A stretch of DNA of 60,000 nt from Chiloscyllium plagiosum. Lineage: Eukaryota. Each line of letters starts with the position of its first letter. Position 1 is the stretch's first letter. Where the stretch lies: NCBI RefSeq assembly GCF_004010195.1, contig NC_057719.1:85980056-86040055 (forward strand). The letters are read 5' to 3'. A model generated the notes under the pieces. That model was not told the origin of the DNA and made no database searches. It saw nothing but the letters and a program-made list of their open reading frames with translations. Shown here one piece after another: positions 36,201 through 50,062 of this stretch. A program made the position numbers and the translations under genes.

Positions 36201-36940
36201 ACTAGACTCAACTAACATAGAATCACACAGTACAGAAGCGGGCCTTTGTTTTATCACAATTGTGCTGCCAAAAATATATTAAATCTACACTAATCCCACT
36301 TTCATATGCTTAGCCTTGAATATTATGACACTTCAAATATTGTGTATTTTTTAAAGATTGTGAAATTTCCTGCTTCAACTACTCTCCCCACAGTACATTC
36401 CAGACTCCCACATTCCACTAGGGGGAAGAAAACTTCCTCAAGTCCTCTCTAAACCTCCTACCTTTCACATCCTTGTTATTAAGCCTTCAACTAAGGGGAA
36501 CAGCGGTTTTCAGTCCACATGCCCCATAATCTTATACACCTCTATCATGTCACCCCTCAACCTTCTCTTGTCCATAGAAAACAACCGGAGTTTTTCCAGG
36601 TTGTCTTCATAGCTAAGATGTTCCATCCCAGGCAACGTGCTTGTGAATCTCCTCTGCATACCCTCCAACTTCAATTTCAACCTAATGCATCAAAGCAAGT
36701 TCAAATTAATTTGGGTCCTTACCCATTTTACCTCCTAGCTGTCTTCATGCTCTAATGAAATCAATCGTATGTAAACTGAAGAGTGGGAAGAATGACCAGC
36801 TTAAGTAAACCTCATCAGTTCTTGCAAGGTGGCCTAGGTTAAAATTGATGCACCCTATTTGGAGTGAAATTCAACTTCAGTAACAAGAAAAATCGAGGAG
36901 GCCAATAACTCCCAGTTTCCTCCCCCACAGTAATTCATGC

Positions 36941-37212
36941 AGTGGCACGATGGCACAGTGGTTAGCACTACTGCCTCCCAGCGCCAGAGACCTGGGTTCG
37001 ATTCCTGCCTCAGGCGACTCTCTGTGTGGAGTTTGCACGTTCTCCCTGTGTCTGCTTGGGTTTCCTTCCCACAATCCAAAAATGTGCAGGTTAGGTGATT
37101 TGGCCATGCTATATTGCCCCTAGTGTTAGGTGAAGAGGAGAGTGGGTGGGTTGTGGGTCGGTGTAGACTTGTTGGGCCGAAGGGCCTCTTTCCACACTGT
37201 AAGTAATCTAAA
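36941..37212 (+). mobile_element. HE1-type SINE
   Basis: Head, V-domain and tail. Confidence 0.85.
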
Positions 37213-38179
37213 CTATGTGCTGTCCAATAAATACAGGCTCAGGTAAAATCTAACATTTTTGAAATTCATTGTGCACATTCACACCAGAAAAAAGAAGGTT
37301 GAGAGGTCTTCAGCTTGCTCCTTTTTGATTCTAAATGGACAAGATAATTCTGAAGAACATTCACTTTGTCAAGAAGAGTGAATCAAAGGATATGGCTTGC
37401 CATAAAAATAGACCAGTGTCTTCTAAACTAAAGTGTAGATACAGTATTCTTGTATTAATTCAATTTTGGGAATAGAGTGTGCAAGTGTGCAAGATTCCAA
37501 GTCTTTGACCTGATCTTGTAGTCATTGTATTCATATGGCTAATCCAGTTAAGTCTGTAGTCAATGGTAATCCGGATGCTGTGGGAGATCCATGATCATAA
37601 TGCCATTGAATGTCAAAAGGCATTGGTTAGATTTTCTGTTGTTCGAGACTGTCATTGCCTGGCATTTGTGTCATCCAAATGTTATTTACCATTGGTCAGT
37701 CCAACCCTTGATATTGTCCAGGTCTTTCTGGATTTGGCTACAGACTGCTTGAGTAACATAATTATTGCACGACTCCTCCTTATTGGTGACAATGCACTGC
37801 TTGGTAGGTAGATGGTAGGTAGAAAGGGCAGCAACTTGTTCAGTTTTATTCAATAATTTAAATAATGTTTCTGGTACTGTGCCTGAATGACACTGACACA
37901 GTTTCTTTCAGCAACTTTTGTTATGGTCATGGCATGAGAGGCTGGAGGTGATAGGAGTATATCCACACTGAGATCAAAGGTATTTTGTGAAGGGTGTACA
38001 GGGGCAATTGCACTTCAAGGTTTTGACTAATATGAGAGCTAAGGTCTCAGATATTTAGGATTTTATCAATGCCTGAAATGAAGGAACTGAGTTCAGAGTT
38101 TGCATATTACTCGTGATACAACCCTGTTTGGGAAATTTAAGGTTTTTGTGAAGATCTGTAACTTGGGTTGTGGATGAGG

Positions 38180-38410
38180 TAGTTAGGTTTTCAACTAAAA
38201 AGGCCATTAACAGACACATTGAGATAGACCCATTGTACAAACCGCTGCAGAGAAGACCTGGAATTGATACTCATCTCAACAGACCAGACCATGTAAAAGA
38301 CCAAGCATGACAGAATAACAGCGCTTCACGAAGTTGCACTGATGATGTTACCCAGTATGGTAATGAAACATCTGCATGATAACCCAGCAGTTCAGTGAGC
38401 TAACCAACTA
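38180..38410 (+). mobile_element. Penelope (Poseidon-type) 3' fragment with hammerhead motif
   Basis: AINRHIEIDPLYKPL (endonuclease C-terminus) followed by TGCA-CTGATGA-T-GTTACC...GGTAAT-GAAACATC-TGCA. Confidence 0.65.
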
Positions 38411-39502
38411 TCTGTTTGGGAAAGTAAGCTGTGACAAGCATTCAAGGAGGCTGCAAAAGGATATGGATGGGCTAAGTGTGAAAGATGCTGGCAAATATTG
38501 CATAGTATAGGAGACAATGAGATTATCCATTTTGACAAGATGAATGGATGAGAAACTTTGCCGGTTCAGCCATTTAAATAGAATGGCCATGAGAGCAGAT
38601 CATGGCTATAAATTCTACAGTGAGTAACTCATTTCCTGACTCCCAAGCCATCTACAATGGATAAGTAAGAAGTGTGAGAAAATACTCTCCGCTTGCCTGG
38701 ATAAATGCGGGCCCAAAAAAACACTCAAAAAAGCTTGACATCATCCAAAGTAGCTTACTTGATTAGCACCCAATCCACCACCTTAAATATTCAGTCTCTC
38801 CGCCATGGATATGGCAGCAGTGTTCCATGTACAGGATGCAGAAACACACTAAACATCCTGCAATGGTGTCTTTGAAATCCACAGGCACACTGTGATGGTA
38901 ATTATGAGCTTAATGCTTTGGAGTATTTTGGGAGCAATGCCTTTCACAAGTCTGTCATTGATACCATCAAACTGGGAGGGACAGACATAGGGAAGTAGAT
39001 TACCTTCTCCTTCATTTTCTTTCTTTTAGATTGCATTGCAGCAAGTTCAGCTGCTTACAGATGCTGATTTTGTTTTTCTGAATGTGACAGAATTTAAAAT
39101 TTGTTGGGTCTGAGTGAGCAGCACTGATTGGAAAGCAGCAGTCAGGGTGCAGCAGAGGTGCTACAGCTGGCTTTTGAGAGCACAACAAGCTGTGGGGGTC
39201 AACTTAAGGAAAGAGTCCAGCTAGAACAGGACTAGGTCAGGGGCTCCCGAGGCGGGGGTTGAGGGGTGGAATCTTGAGCATGAGGTTAAATAGAGGACTC
39301 GAGTCAGATATGGAGACAGAAGGAGTAACAGAAAGATGACTTCAGGCTGCTGAGTGTGTGCACTGTAACACTTAGTGTCTGCCAGAATAAAATGTGGGAC
39401 ACTTCTTTCCTCACAAGCCTGACTGTGGTGAGAATGGGCCCATGTGGTCAGATTTGAGAGACAAACCACGATGATAATAGCTTATTAAAAGAGGCACAAG
39501 GG

Positions 39503-39640
39503 GTGTCTGTGTGTGTGTATTGTGTGTGTTGTGTGTGTATGTGTGTCTGTGTGTGTGTATGTATGTGTGTGTTGTGTATGTATGTGTGTGTGTGTTGTGT
39601 ATGTATGTGTGTGTGTGTATACATGCATGTTTGTGTATGG
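39503..39640. repeat. (TG)n/(TGTA)n microsatellite
   Basis: Direct observation. Confidence 0.9.
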
Positions 39641-39790
39641 AAGTGAAAAAGAAATTCTTACTACTTATGTAGTCACACTGAAGTACCCCCAGGCCAGGCA
39701 TCCATTCAACTGAGCCATCACTGACAATCTGGAGATATGTGATAGTATTAAATCCATGTCATCAAAACCAATTTCAGCGGCTGAGAGAAT

Positions 39791-40940
39791 TAGAACAAAG
39801 AACAAAAAAAAATTACAGCCCAGGAACAGGCCCTTCGGTCCTTCAAGCCTGAGCCGATCCAAATGTACTGTCTAAACCTGTCAGTCAATTCCTAAGCATT
39901 TGTAACCCTCTGCTCCCCACCTACTCATGCATCTGTTCAGATGCATCTTAAATGAATCTACCGTGCCTGCCTCTACCACCACTGCTGGCAATATGTTCCA
40001 AACACCCACCACCCTCTGTGTGAAGTACTTGCCACGTGTATCCCCCTTCAACTTTCCACCTCTCACTGGTTATTGAATCCTTCACCCTGGGAAAAAGCTT
40101 GTCTCTATCCACCCTGTCTATACCCTCCATGATTTTGTAAACCTCAATCAGGTCCCCCCTCAATCTCCTTTCTTCTAGTGAAAATAAACTTAACCTACTC
40201 AACCTCTCTTCATAGCTAGCACCTTCTATACCAGGAAACATCCTCATAAACCTTCTCTCACCCTCTCCAAAGTGTCCACTTTTGGTAATGTGGCGACCAG
40301 AACTGTACACAGTATTCTAAATGCGGCTGAACCAATGTCTTGTACAATTTTAACATGACTTGCCAGCTCTTATACTCAATACCCCGTCCAATGAAGGCAA
40401 GCATACTATATGCCTTCTTGACCACTCTATCCACCTTCAGAGTACAATGGATCTGCACTCCCAGATCTCTGTGCCCATCAATGTTTGCCAAGGCTCTTCC
40501 ATTCATTGTATAATTTGCTCTCGAATTAGGCTTGCCTAAATACATCACCTCACATTTGTCTGGATTGAAAGCCATCTGCCACTTTTCCGCCCAACTCTCC
40601 AGCCTATCTATATCCTCCTGTATTCTCTAACAGTCCCTTATGCTTTCTGCTACTCCACCAATCTTTGTGTCATCTGCAAACTTGCTGATCATACCAACAA
40701 TGCCCTCTTCTAGATCACTTATGTATATTACAAACAACAACAATGGTCCTAATACTGACCCCTGTAGAACTGGTCACCTTTCTCCATTTCGAGAAACTCC
40801 CTTCAACTACTACTCTCTGTCTCCTGTTGCTCAACCAGTTCTTTATCCACCTAGCTAGAACACCCTGCACACCATGTGACTTCACTTTCTCCATTACTCT
40901 ACAATGAGGAACCTTATCAAATGCCTTACTAAAGCTTATG
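39791..40940 (-). mobile_element. 5'-truncated CR1 LINE (RT C-terminus and 3'UTR)
   Basis: FSKAFDKVPH, FNPDKCEVM, PHLEYCVQFWSP, ERRLRGDLIEVYKI; AGAACAAAG tail. Confidence 0.9.
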
Positions 40941-42140
40941 TATAATTCTTGAGAAGTGCACCAATTTGTCAAACAATGCACACGTGAACTCACATTGATG
41001 TGCTATCAGAGAATTGATGGCTAAACTCTTGAAGAAAAGGGACAACTTGAGCAAGTTCCGGGGTTTGAAGACTTTTGTAAATTAAATTGGTTTGAAGTAG
41101 ACTGAGTAGACAACCCAGTTAATCCATGACATCAGCGATTTAAATATGTCAACAATGTTTTGCATTAACCGTGTTAATGATTTAATGATGTTGATTTCAG
41201 TTCAATTTTTAAAGTAACAGTTACAAAAAAAGTCCTTTCTGATGGTTTACTGAAGTTGTTCAATAGTTTGTCAGTCTCGTGTAATCATAATATTAATTCT
41301 AGCAAGTCTCCATATCCATTGTCGCCTGAACCACCCAAATCTGGAGTTATGAAAAAATTGCTTCAGGAAACTCCAATCAGCGTGACCTTCAGTGGGAGAA
41401 CAGCAGCACTCCCTGTTATATGATGCATTTCATGCTTTGGCCAAAGTTACTATACCTGCTTGGAAGAATCCTTCAGGCAAGTATTAGCATTAACCTTACA
41501 AACATTGTGCAAACAGCACACATGGTCCACCTTTACTTCTATGTAAACTGCACCCATTTGGGTTCATGCTAGTGATGCAATGCCCACAATAATTAGGTGG
41601 ATAGTATCCTTTGCAAGCCAACCGCATGCTCCGTGCCAGGGTGCAGGACATCTCTGCTCCCTGGCACCCTGGTTGAAAGGATGTTGGAGTGGGAGGGGGA
41701 GGATCCATTTGTTATGGTCCACATTGGGACTAAATACATAGGCAAGACTAGGATGGAGGACTTGTTTGGGGATTATCAAGCACTATGAACGAAATTAAGG
41801 AACAGGTCCTTGAGGGTCATAACCTCCGGATTACTGCCTGCGCCACATGCAAATTGCTTAAGGATACGAAAATTAGGGAAGTGAACATGTGGCTCAGGGA
41901 GTGGTGTGGAAAAGAGAGGTTCCATTTCATGGTGCATTGGCATCAATTTTGGAACAAGGGGGATCTGTACCAATGAGACGGTCTCCACCTGAACCGATCT
42001 GGAACCAGTGTTCAAGCGAAAAGGATAAATAGGGTGGTCACTAGGACTTTAAACAAGCAAGTCGGGGGGGAAGGGAAAGGGAAAACGACAGGGAGTATTA
42101 TGGTAAATGAAAAGGTAAGCAGCAGGTTAGCATGTGTGCG

Positions 42141-42468
42141 GGAGGGCTTAAGTTCAAGGCAGACTATGAAAGAAGCAAAAAGGAAGGATAACTCAGGAGA
42201 TATTATTAGAGATGTTGGAAATCATAAGGGTAAGAAAGCTAGCATAAAGGCACTTTACCTGAATGCTCATAGCATTTGTAACAAGGTTGATGAGTTAACG
42301 GCACGGAGGGCTTAAGTTCAAGGCAGACTATGAAAGAAGCAAAAAGGAAGGATAACTCAGGAGATATTATTAGAGATGTTGGAAATCATAAGGGTAAGAA
42401 AACTAGCATAAAGGCACTTTACCTGAATGCTCATAGCACTTGTAACAAGGTTGATGAGTTAACGGCAC
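42141..42468 (+). repeat. 164-bp tandem duplication inside CR1
   Basis: 42141-42304 vs 42305-42468, two mismatches seen. Confidence 0.9.
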
Positions 42469-44026
42469 TAATCATAGTGAACGAATATGATTTGGTAGCC
42501 ATTACGGAGACATGGTTACAGGATGGTCACGATTGGGAGTTAAATATCCAGGAGGACCCGACTATTCGAAGGACAGACAGGAAAGTAAGGGAGGTGGTGT
42601 AGCTCTGATATTCAATGATGACATCAGGGCAATGCTGAGAGATGATATAGCTTCCATGGAGAATGATTTGAATCCACTTGGGTGGAAATTAGAAATTCTA
42701 AGAAGAGAAAGCCACTGATAGGCGTAGTCTATAGGCCACCAAATAATAACATCACATTGGGCAGGCAATAAACAAATAATTAATGCCTGCAAAAATGATA
42801 TGGCAATTTTCATGGGAGATTTTACATGTCGATTGGTCAAATCAGCTTGGTCAGGGTAGTCTTGTGGAGGAGTTTGTTGAGTGTACCTGTGATAGTTTTC
42901 CTGAACAGTATGTAATGGAACTGACGAGGGTGCAAGCTATCCTAGATCTGGTCCTGTGTAATGAGACAGAAATAATTAACGGCCTCATAGATAGGGATCC
43001 TCTATCTAGGAAGGAGTGATCACAGTATAGTTGAATTTCGAATACAGATGGAGAGTGTGAAGATAAAATCGAATACCAGGGTTCTGTGCTTGAACAAAGG
43101 GGACTACAATAGAATGAGGGAGGATTTAGCTGAAGTAGACTGGAAACAAAGATTTTATGGTGGGACAGTTGCCGAGCAGTGAAGGGCTTTCAAAGAAATT
43201 TTTCAAAGTGCTCAGCAAAAGTATATTGCAGTGAAAAGGAACAATTGTAAGAAAAGGGTTAATCTGCCATGGGTTTCTAAGGATATAAGGAAGGCTATCA
43301 AATTGAAAGAGAAGGCAGACAAAGTGGCCAAAAACAGCATGAAACCAGAGGATTGGAAAAATGTTAAAGGTCAACAGAAATCCACAAAAAGAAAAAGCTA
43401 CAAAGAAAAGTAAGATAGAACATGAGAAAAAACTAGCACAGAATAGAAAGGCAGATAACATAAGTTTCAATATATATATAAAATGAAAAAGAGTGGCTAA
43501 AGTAAACGTTGGTCCTTTCGAGGATGAGAATGGGTATTTAGTTATGGGATATGATGAAATGGCCAAGGCATTGAGCAGTATTTTGTATCGGTCTTCACAT
43601 TGGAGGACACTAATAACATGCCAGTAATTGACAAAGAGACAAAGGTAGGTGAGGACCTGGAAACAATCATTATTACGGAAGAGATGGTGTTGGGCGAGCT
43701 AATGGAGCTAAGGATTGCTAAGTCTTCTAGCCCTGATGATATGCATCTCAGGATACTAAAAGAGATGGTGGGAGAAATAGCAGGTGCATTGGCGGTAATT
43801 TTTCAAAATTCGCTGGACTCTGGAGCACTCCCAGCAGATTGGAAAACAGCAAATGTGACACTACTGTTTAAAAAGGGAGGTAGACAAAAGATGGGGAATT
43901 ATAGACCGGTTAGCTTAACCTCTGTAGTGTGCAAGATGCTTCAGTCTATTATCAAGGAAGAAATAGCAAGGCATATCAATAGAAATTGTCCTGTTGGGAA
44001 CACGTAGCATGGGTTCATGAAAGACA

Positions 44027-44356
44027 GGGGTGGCACGGTGGCTCCGTGGTTAGACCGCTGCTTTACAGCACCAGGGACCCGGGTTCGATTCCAGCCTCGG
44101 GCAACTGTCTGTGTGGAGGCTGCACATTCTCCCCGTGTCTGCGTAGGTTTCCTCCAGGTGCTCCAGTTTTCTCCCACAGTCCAAAGATTTGCAAGTTAAG
44201 TAAATTGGCCATGCTAAATTGCCCATAGTGCAGGTTATCAGTCTGGGGTAAATTTAGGGTAGGGTGATGGGGATGGGTCTGGGTGAGGTTACTCTTCAGA
44301 GGGTCAGTGTGGACCTGTTGGGCCAAAGGCCTGTTTCCACACTGTAGGGATTCTAA
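44027..44356 (+). mobile_element. HE1-type SINE inserted in CR1 RT
   Basis: Interrupts HGFMK...NLLEF. Confidence 0.85.
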
Positions 44357-47016
44357 TAAATCTTTTGGAATTCTATGAAAACATTATGAGCAAGGTGGAC
44401 ATTGGGGACCCAGTAGATGTGGTGTACCTAGATTTTCAAAAGGCCTTCAACAAGGTGCCACACAAGAGGCTGCTGCATAAGAGAAGGATGCATGGTGTTA
44501 GGGATAGAGTATTAGCGTGGATAGAGGATTGGTTGACTAACAGAAAGCAAAGAGTGGGGATAAATGAGTGCTATTCAGGCTGGTTAACAGTGACTAGTGG
44601 TGTGCCTCAGTGTTGGAAACACAATTATTTACAATTTACCTAGATAATTTGGAGTTGGGAACGACATGTAGGGTGTCAAAGTTTGCAGATGACACTAAGA
44701 TGTGTGGCAGGGCAAAGTGTGCAGGGGACTGTAAAACTTTGCAGAGGGAACATTGATACATTGAGGGAATGGGTAAAGGTCTGGCAGATGGAATATAATG
44801 TAAATAAATGTGCAGTAATACATTTTGGTATGAGTAATAGTAAAAAGGATTATTACTTGAATGGTAAAAAGTTGCAGCGTGCTGCAATGCAGAGGGACCT
44901 GGATGTCCTTGTGCATGAATCACAGAAGGTTGGTCTGCAGGTATAATAAGTAATTAGGTTGGCAAATGCAATTTTGTCCTTCATTGCTAAAGGGATTGAA
45001 TTTAAAAGCAGAGAGGTTATGTTGCAGCTGTACAAGGTGCTGGTGAGGCCACACTTGGAGTACTGCGTGCCGATTTGCTCTCCTTACTTGAGAAAGGATG
45101 GACTGTCACTGGAGATGGTGCAGAGGAGGTTAACTCGGTTGATTCAAAAGTTGAGGAATTTGGCTCATGAGGAGAGACTGATTAGAATTGGATTATATTA
45201 ATTGGAATTCAGAAGATTGAGGAGGAATTTATAGAAACATAAAAAATTATGAAGGGAATAGATAAGATCGAAGTAGAGAAGTTGCTCCAATGGCAGGTGA
45301 AACTAGGACAAGAGGGCATGGCCTCAAGATTAGAGGGAGTAGATTTAGGTCTGAATTGAGAAGGAATTTCTTCACCCAGATGGTTGTTAATCTAAGGAAT
45401 TCCTTGCCTAGTGAAATAGTTGACGCTACTTCAGGAAATGTTTTTAAATCTAATGTAGATATTTTTTGAACAATAAAGGAATTAAGGGATATGATGACAG
45501 CGCAGGTAAGTGAATCTGAGTCCACAAAATGATTAGCCATGATTTTACTGAATGGCGGAGCAGACTCGAAAGGCCGGATGGCCTACTCCTGCTCCTAGTT
45601 CTTATGTTCTTGTGAAAACAATATCAACCAAAGCTATACCTTTATAAGGAAGCTGAGATATAAGGAAGCCTAAATTCAATAACACCAAAACTGGGTACAA
45701 TTAGTGCATTGTATAGGAAGGTTAGACTTCAATGAAAAAGATGGGGGACTATCCTGAACTAGGTCTTGGACCCGATAGTCAAAGTATTCAAATCTCAAGG
45801 AGCCAGTTAACTGGCCTGTTGAAGCATGTCATTCAGGGTCCTGATTAATCTGGGCAGTCATAACTTAGGGCCAAAGAAAGAACCATAACTGCATTCTTTT
45901 TAAGGCCAAATGGTTCAAACGTATATAAATAATTGGAGCATATGAAATGCAAGCTTTGGCTATTTTTAATTAACTGTGTGAATAGTTTCAGAATTGGGTG
46001 CAGGGCAACAGTATTTCAATGTTAAAATGGGTCCTGTGACGTTATCAGGATGTTGCCAACACTGCATTTAGCAGTGGCTGGAAATTGCGCACAGATTGGG
46101 AGCAGCCTTGCCATTGCTACATGTTTCATTGGCACTCCTGTTTTATGTTGTAATTTGGATATAGCAACATCAGCTTAGGACTTTGCAACCCCAAACAATG
46201 GGTTCAGTGAGTTCAGAACTTCTCCAACAGATATTATTATTTAAGAATATTTTTCATAACACTTTTAATCGATAAAAGCTATGGCATAAACAAAGGATCA
46301 GGACAAAACGAAACATTATGAACAGCATGTTCTTTGCACCAATATTCTGGTTACTATTTAAAGTAATCCCAGCCTTGAGTTATAAACCAACATAATTTCA
46401 TGGTACATGGTTCACATTATCACTCGGGGCCTGGAGGGGGAATCCTCATTTCTGTATGGAATTTGGGTTTCCACTCGACATTTGTTCATTTTGTGGTGGT
46501 AGGCCCAGATTGTATTTGCATTTTATGCCCAGAGACCCGAGTAGTTTAAGAGTAGCTTAAAAGATTGTTTAATTTTGGGCCCAAGTGTGTATTGAGACTA
46601 ACAACAGACAATCAAGGCTCCACAATCTTTTGGATCCATCCATCAGCCCTCTGCGCTCAAAATTGTTCACGTGTCCGATTCTCAAATGTAAGCATCGCCA
46701 ATCTTTTTTTCTTAGGCTGATGGGATTGATATTGGAGCCGCTAAACATTGGGATCAGACTTTCAGACACAGTGGTAATCATTTGGTTTTTTTGGAATTTT
46801 TGAGCTTTTTAAAAAATCTGGGCACACTCTCATATGAAATATATACATGTGTAAATTACTGCAGGATGCTGAAATTTAAACAGAAAATGCTGGGGAAACT
46901 TAGCAAGTATACAAAGAAAGAAGCAATTAAAATGATTCTTCTTCAGAATTGAAGAGAGAAGTGAAAACTCATTACGTCTATGGTCTCAAACAGTGACAAA
47001 TGCACCTTGCAGCAAG

Positions 47017-47346
47017 TGGGTGGCACGTGACATAGTGGTTAACCCTGGGACCTGGGTTTGACTCCAGCCTTGGGTGACTCTCTGTGTAGAATTTGCAAGT
47101 TCTATCGTGTCTGCGTGGATTTCTGCTGCGTGCTGCGGTTCCCTCCACAGTCCAAAGATCTGAGACAGATGGATTGGCCATGGTAAATTGCCTGTAGTGT
47201 CTATGGATGTGCAGGGTAAGTGGATTAGCCATGGTAAAGGTGGGGTTATGGGGATTGGCTAGGTGCTGGTTTTGAGTGGGATACTCTTCACAGGGTTGGT
47301 GCAGACTAGATGGGCCAAATGGCCTCTTTTCATGCTGTAATGATTT
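47017..47346 (+). mobile_element. older HE1-type SINE
   Basis: Degenerate head, V-domain and tail. Confidence 0.7.
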
Positions 47347-47349
47347 TGA

Positions 47350-47670
47350 ACCCCCATTACCAGCAGGTGCAGCAAGTAGACTAGATGAAACAAATACAAG
47401 TACATCACTGCTTCACCTGGAAGAAGTGCTTGGGCATGGAGGAGGTGAAAAGATAAGTCTTGTATTTTCTGAGATTGCATGGGAAGGAGGAATGATGTGT
47501 TGAGCATGATTGACGTGTGGACAACAATGTCGTAGGAGTGATTATCCATTCAGAATGCTAACGCGGGAGGTCAGGCTTCCAGTTAGTGATTGCATCATGA
47601 CGGTGGTGGTGAAACTGGAGGAGATTCATCCCTTGAATAATGATGCAGATGGAGTGGAAAGTGAGGACAT
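47350..47670 (-). mobile_element. degenerate PLE GIY-YIG region
   Basis: PKHFFQVKQ*CTCICF.LVY-like remnant. Confidence 0.45.
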
Positions 47671-47857
47671 GGGATTTATTATCTACCCTGATCTATATCT
47701 ATTCTCCACAGCTATTAATATGCCCCATGCCTTATATCACACACCTGTGATCTCTAATTTCCCTTAACATCTAGCCTTCCCCTGACATTCTATTCTGTTC
47801 CACATACTTATTCTAACTTTTTCCATAGTGTTTTTATGTAGTGTTTTTTCACTTCAT

Positions 47858-48286
47858 TGGACAAACAGGCGGAAAACTAGCCACCAGGATCATGAACATC
47901 AACTAGCCACAAAAAAGCATGACCCACTCTCACTAGTATCTTTACATAAAGATGAGGAAGGACACCACTTCAACTGGGGCAACACATTCATCCTAGGACA
48001 AGCCAAACAGAGACATGTGAGAATTCCTAGAAGCATGGCACTCCAACTGGAACTCTATCAACAAACACATTGACTTGGATCCCATTTACCACCCCTGAGA
48101 AAAAGAACAGGAAATTGCATCACCACAGGAAATGACATCACCAACCCAAGGAAACTTAAATACATAAATAAAAAGCAGGCCGTACCACCAGTGCTTCACC
48201 AGAGGCTCGCTGATGAAGTTACCGAGTGTTGTGATGAAGTATATGAAAATGAACCTTCCAGCTCAGCAAGCAAACTTGCATCCAGA
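47858..48286 (+). mobile_element. Penelope (Poseidon-type) GIY-YIG endonuclease 3' fragment and terminal repeat
   Basis: Frameshifted GQTG.KLATR..EHQLATKKHDPLS...EFLEAWHSNWNSINKHIDLDPIYHP; decayed CTGATGA motif near 48210. Confidence 0.8.
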
Positions 48287-48771
48287 TTATTACTCAAAAT
48301 GAGAGTATATGTGATTAACAACAATTTACATTCTGGACTGAGGTCTAGTCATTGAAGAGGAAAGTAAGATTAAATGAATCATTCGGTCGGCAGGTTGCAT
48401 TTAGTGGGATATCACGAAAACTTCAGCACATGGACATCGGTTGTTTAAAATTTGTGGCAGTGATTCGATGAGGGAACCAAAAGTAACATATCCAATTTTG
48501 ATGACCATGCAAAGTTAAGAGAAAATAAGCTGCAAGGAGCATACTAAAAGCTGTAAATGAATACAACATGTTTAAACAAGTGGATAAGATTATAACAGAT
48601 GGAATATAACATGAGGAAAATATGAAGTTAAGCACCTCAGCAGGAAAAATAGAAAAGCAAGAATTGTTTAAATGGTGAGGGAATGGAGAAATGTTGGAAT
48701 TTGAAGGGATATCATCTTCCTTGGTTTGAATGTGAGAGCCAAAAAAGCTTAGTGGTGTAATTAGACAATTT

Positions 48772-48960
48772 CTATGACCTCAGAGTGGCCCATTCTGATG
48801 TCAGATGGGCCTGTTATGACATCAGAAAGGTGCACGGTGACAACAGGGGGGTCCATCATGACATCAAAGGACACACTGTGACATTACAGCGACCCATTGT
48901 AACATTAGACATCCCATTCTGATATAGACAGCCCATTCTGACATAGAGCAGCTCATTGTT
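48772..48960. repeat. degenerate ~21-bp minisatellite with TGACATCA core
   Basis: About 9 units like TGACATCAGA.GG.CCCATTC. Confidence 0.7.
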
Positions 48961-49390
48961 GTATTCTCACAATTAAACTTCTGGATCTCTGTTGTATACC
49001 ATGTCACCAAATAAACCCAAAGCTTTATTCATTCAGTCTCTGCGCTCAGTCATTCCTTAGTCTCCATCATTTCAATCTCTAATTTAACTTCCTTTATCCT
49101 GCCTCTCTTAATTTTAATGTCCACCTGTTGTCACTTAAACACTATTACCCTTCACGGTTACACCATGGCACTGCAATCTCTCTTACACTCACTATCTCTG
49201 TGATCTCCAACGATGAAGACCCCACCGTACACCAAATGACTGTCTCACCCATAACCCTTTCTAAACCATTTCATCCCTACAAAAAAAACCTGTTTCTTAC
49301 AGGCACAGCAGATAGGCGGGGCATCAGCAAGTTTTCCTGCAAGCCAAGTACCATCTTGTCTTGAAACTGTATCACTGTTTCTTCACTGAA

Positions 49391-49482
49391 TTTCACCTGA
49401 CAAAGGAGCAGTGCTCCGAAAGCTTGTGATTTCAAAAAAACCTGTTGGACTGTAACCTGATGTCATATGAATTCTCAACTTG
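49391..49482 (+). mobile_element. PLE family 2 end with hammerhead motif
   Basis: TCAC-CTGACAA-AGGAGCAGTGCTCC-GAAA-GCTT-GTGA. Confidence 0.65.
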
Positions 49483-50062
49483 AACACGGTTGACCTTACC
49501 TCAACACTATTTTGTCATGTTTTCTCCAAGTGCCTTCATACTTTCACTGACAATCATTATCTAACTCAGTCTTGGATTTATTGTGATGAGGATTTCTACT
49601 AACATATGGGTTAAAAGATTGATTTCTAATTTTGCTTAATCTAAATTGACTTTCCTAAAATATTGAGCTTATCTTTCCACCCTTTCTTAGAATAAATGCA
49701 TAAAACTCTGCAATTCTCTATTTCTCCGGCACCTATCAAGTCAAAAGAAGACAGGAAATTATGGTCTGTGTCTTTGTAATTTCTGCTCTGACTTCTTGTA
49801 TTCTTGAATGCATCTCATCCAGTCCCAGTGCCTTATCAACTTTACATCAGATAGCCCATCCAATGTCTCTTCATAACAATTGTCACTGAATTAACTTCTG
49901 TTTTCCCATGGTTAGTCGAGCATCTTCTTCTCTGGTAGAGACGGAAGAAACTATTCATTTAACATTTCAATATGCCCCATGTCTCAATTTGTAAATCATC
50001 CTTCTTGTCCCTGATTGGTGTGTATCATTTTAAAATCTCTACTCCACTATTTATATGCCCAT

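Larger units (their letters stand above)
41575..45612 (+). mobile_element. near full-length degenerate CR1 LINE (ORF1 esterase remnant, ORF2 APE endonuclease and RT)
   Basis: VHIGT and DGLHLN (SGNH esterase); ALYLNA.S..NKVDEL and AITETWL (APE); GNYRPVSLTS, DFQKAFNKVPH, FADD (RT); TTCTTATG tail; many stops and frameshifts. Confidence 0.92.
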
